Below are positions 63,061 to 64,000 of a stretch of 64,000 bases of DNA, in pieces (within the stretch, counting starts at the first letter, position 1; each line of letters starts with the position of its first letter). Origin of the DNA: Lama guanicoe (lineage: Eukaryota); NCBI GenBank assembly GCA_013239625.1, contig MU054187.1, positions 13,734,974 to 13,798,973 on the forward strand. Direction: 5' to 3'. The translations under genes and the position numbers were made by a program. The notes below the pieces were generated by a model that worked only from the letters and a program-made list of their open reading frames with translations, had not been told where the DNA came from and ran no database searches.

Positions 63061-64000
63061 CCAGTAGGTCTGGAGCCTGTGCTGAAGGGATTGCGATAGG
63101 AATGCCCCAGATTGCAGTAGAGAAAAGGAAATGGTGCCAGCATTTCCTCTATACTCATCTTATTAGAAATTAGAGACGTTGTATTTGTGATCTTTGCAGA
63201 ATATAATTGAGTCACGGCACCAGGATGAGATCCATTGCTGATGAGCACTTGGAAGAACCTAATCGGTACCACACCTGTATTGACTGAGTCTCACGTGCAG
63301 TGATGCAGAATCCTGGAGCTCATCTCCCACCTCAGAACCACGTCTTGTGGAGGCAGGGATTCACCCCCAGCACTTAACGATTCACGTGCAGGGTACATAT
63401 GCCAGATCTCTGCCGTGTGCCACTTTACCAGTGCCTTGTCATAGATTATATGTCCTGTGGTTGGGATATGCCCCATCCGAAGGAGCCCCAAGCTGCTCCT
63501 GGACTCTTCATATGAGCAGCTGCAAGATGGCAGTAGTACATTTTATGCTTTCAAAGGCATCATTATATATAAATATATAATGTATCTCACAACATCAATT
63601 CTGTCTTCACGAAGCCTAGTAACACAGCTGCCGTCTTCCTCCACTGCTGAAGGCAGCCCCAGAGAAAGTATTATATATAGTTCACTTTGATTCACTTGGC
63701 TCAGCTCGTAGTGATATCAGAGCTTCTGGGCTGTTATTTCAGAGGAGCTTATGGGTGGCCGTGTTCAGCTGGCACTTCAGATGGGACACGGGACAGCTCT
63801 GTCAGCTAAACTGCCTGGTGATCTCTAAATGGAACCAAATTATGTCCCGATGCTTCCACTTGCCAGCCCTAAGCACTCATGAATTGAACCACACCTACTT
63901 GAAGCTGAAACTCCAAGTGGAAATAGCAACAGTTCTCCTGCCTTTATCAGTTTTAGATACTGATCCATCAATGATGTCACCTTGATTAATAGATGACAGA

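Noticed and set aside
3000..64000. Scattered polypyrimidine-AG acceptor-like sites and AP-1 heptamers
   Set aside because: No convincing paired donors or coding frames. Isolated short motifs are frequent by chance, and I could not test enrichment.

Overview
Mammalian genomic DNA, most likely a camelid, judged from a vic-1-like tRNA-derived SINE and cetartiodactyl-type L1 3' ends. It is not prokaryotic, and I found no CRISPR array, rRNA or intact tRNA gene. The first ~2.6 kb looks like the 3' end of a + strand spliced gene that I could not name: a 27-nt exon (36-62), a 72-nt exon with stop codons in all three frames (329-400), and a terminal 3'UTR-like exon from 541 with miRNA seed matches, an AU-rich element and poly(A) signals. 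The remaining ~61 kb appears intergenic. It is filled with old transposon fossils (MIR, L2, L1M, MLT1 LTRs, MER5/20/33/58, a Tigger-type element) and has several enhancer-like unique stretches, CTCF/YY1-like motifs and a small orphan CpG-rich patch (~39.8 kb). None of the listed ORFs looks like a real protein. The most unusual directly visible structure is a zero-mismatch complex insertion at 60427-60603, which combines a local duplication with a 28-nt match to sequence 2410 bp downstream, a template-switching signature. I found no evidence of a novel multi-gene system. Repeat family names come from recalled consensus sequences, and boundaries are approximate unless a TSD or TIR is given.
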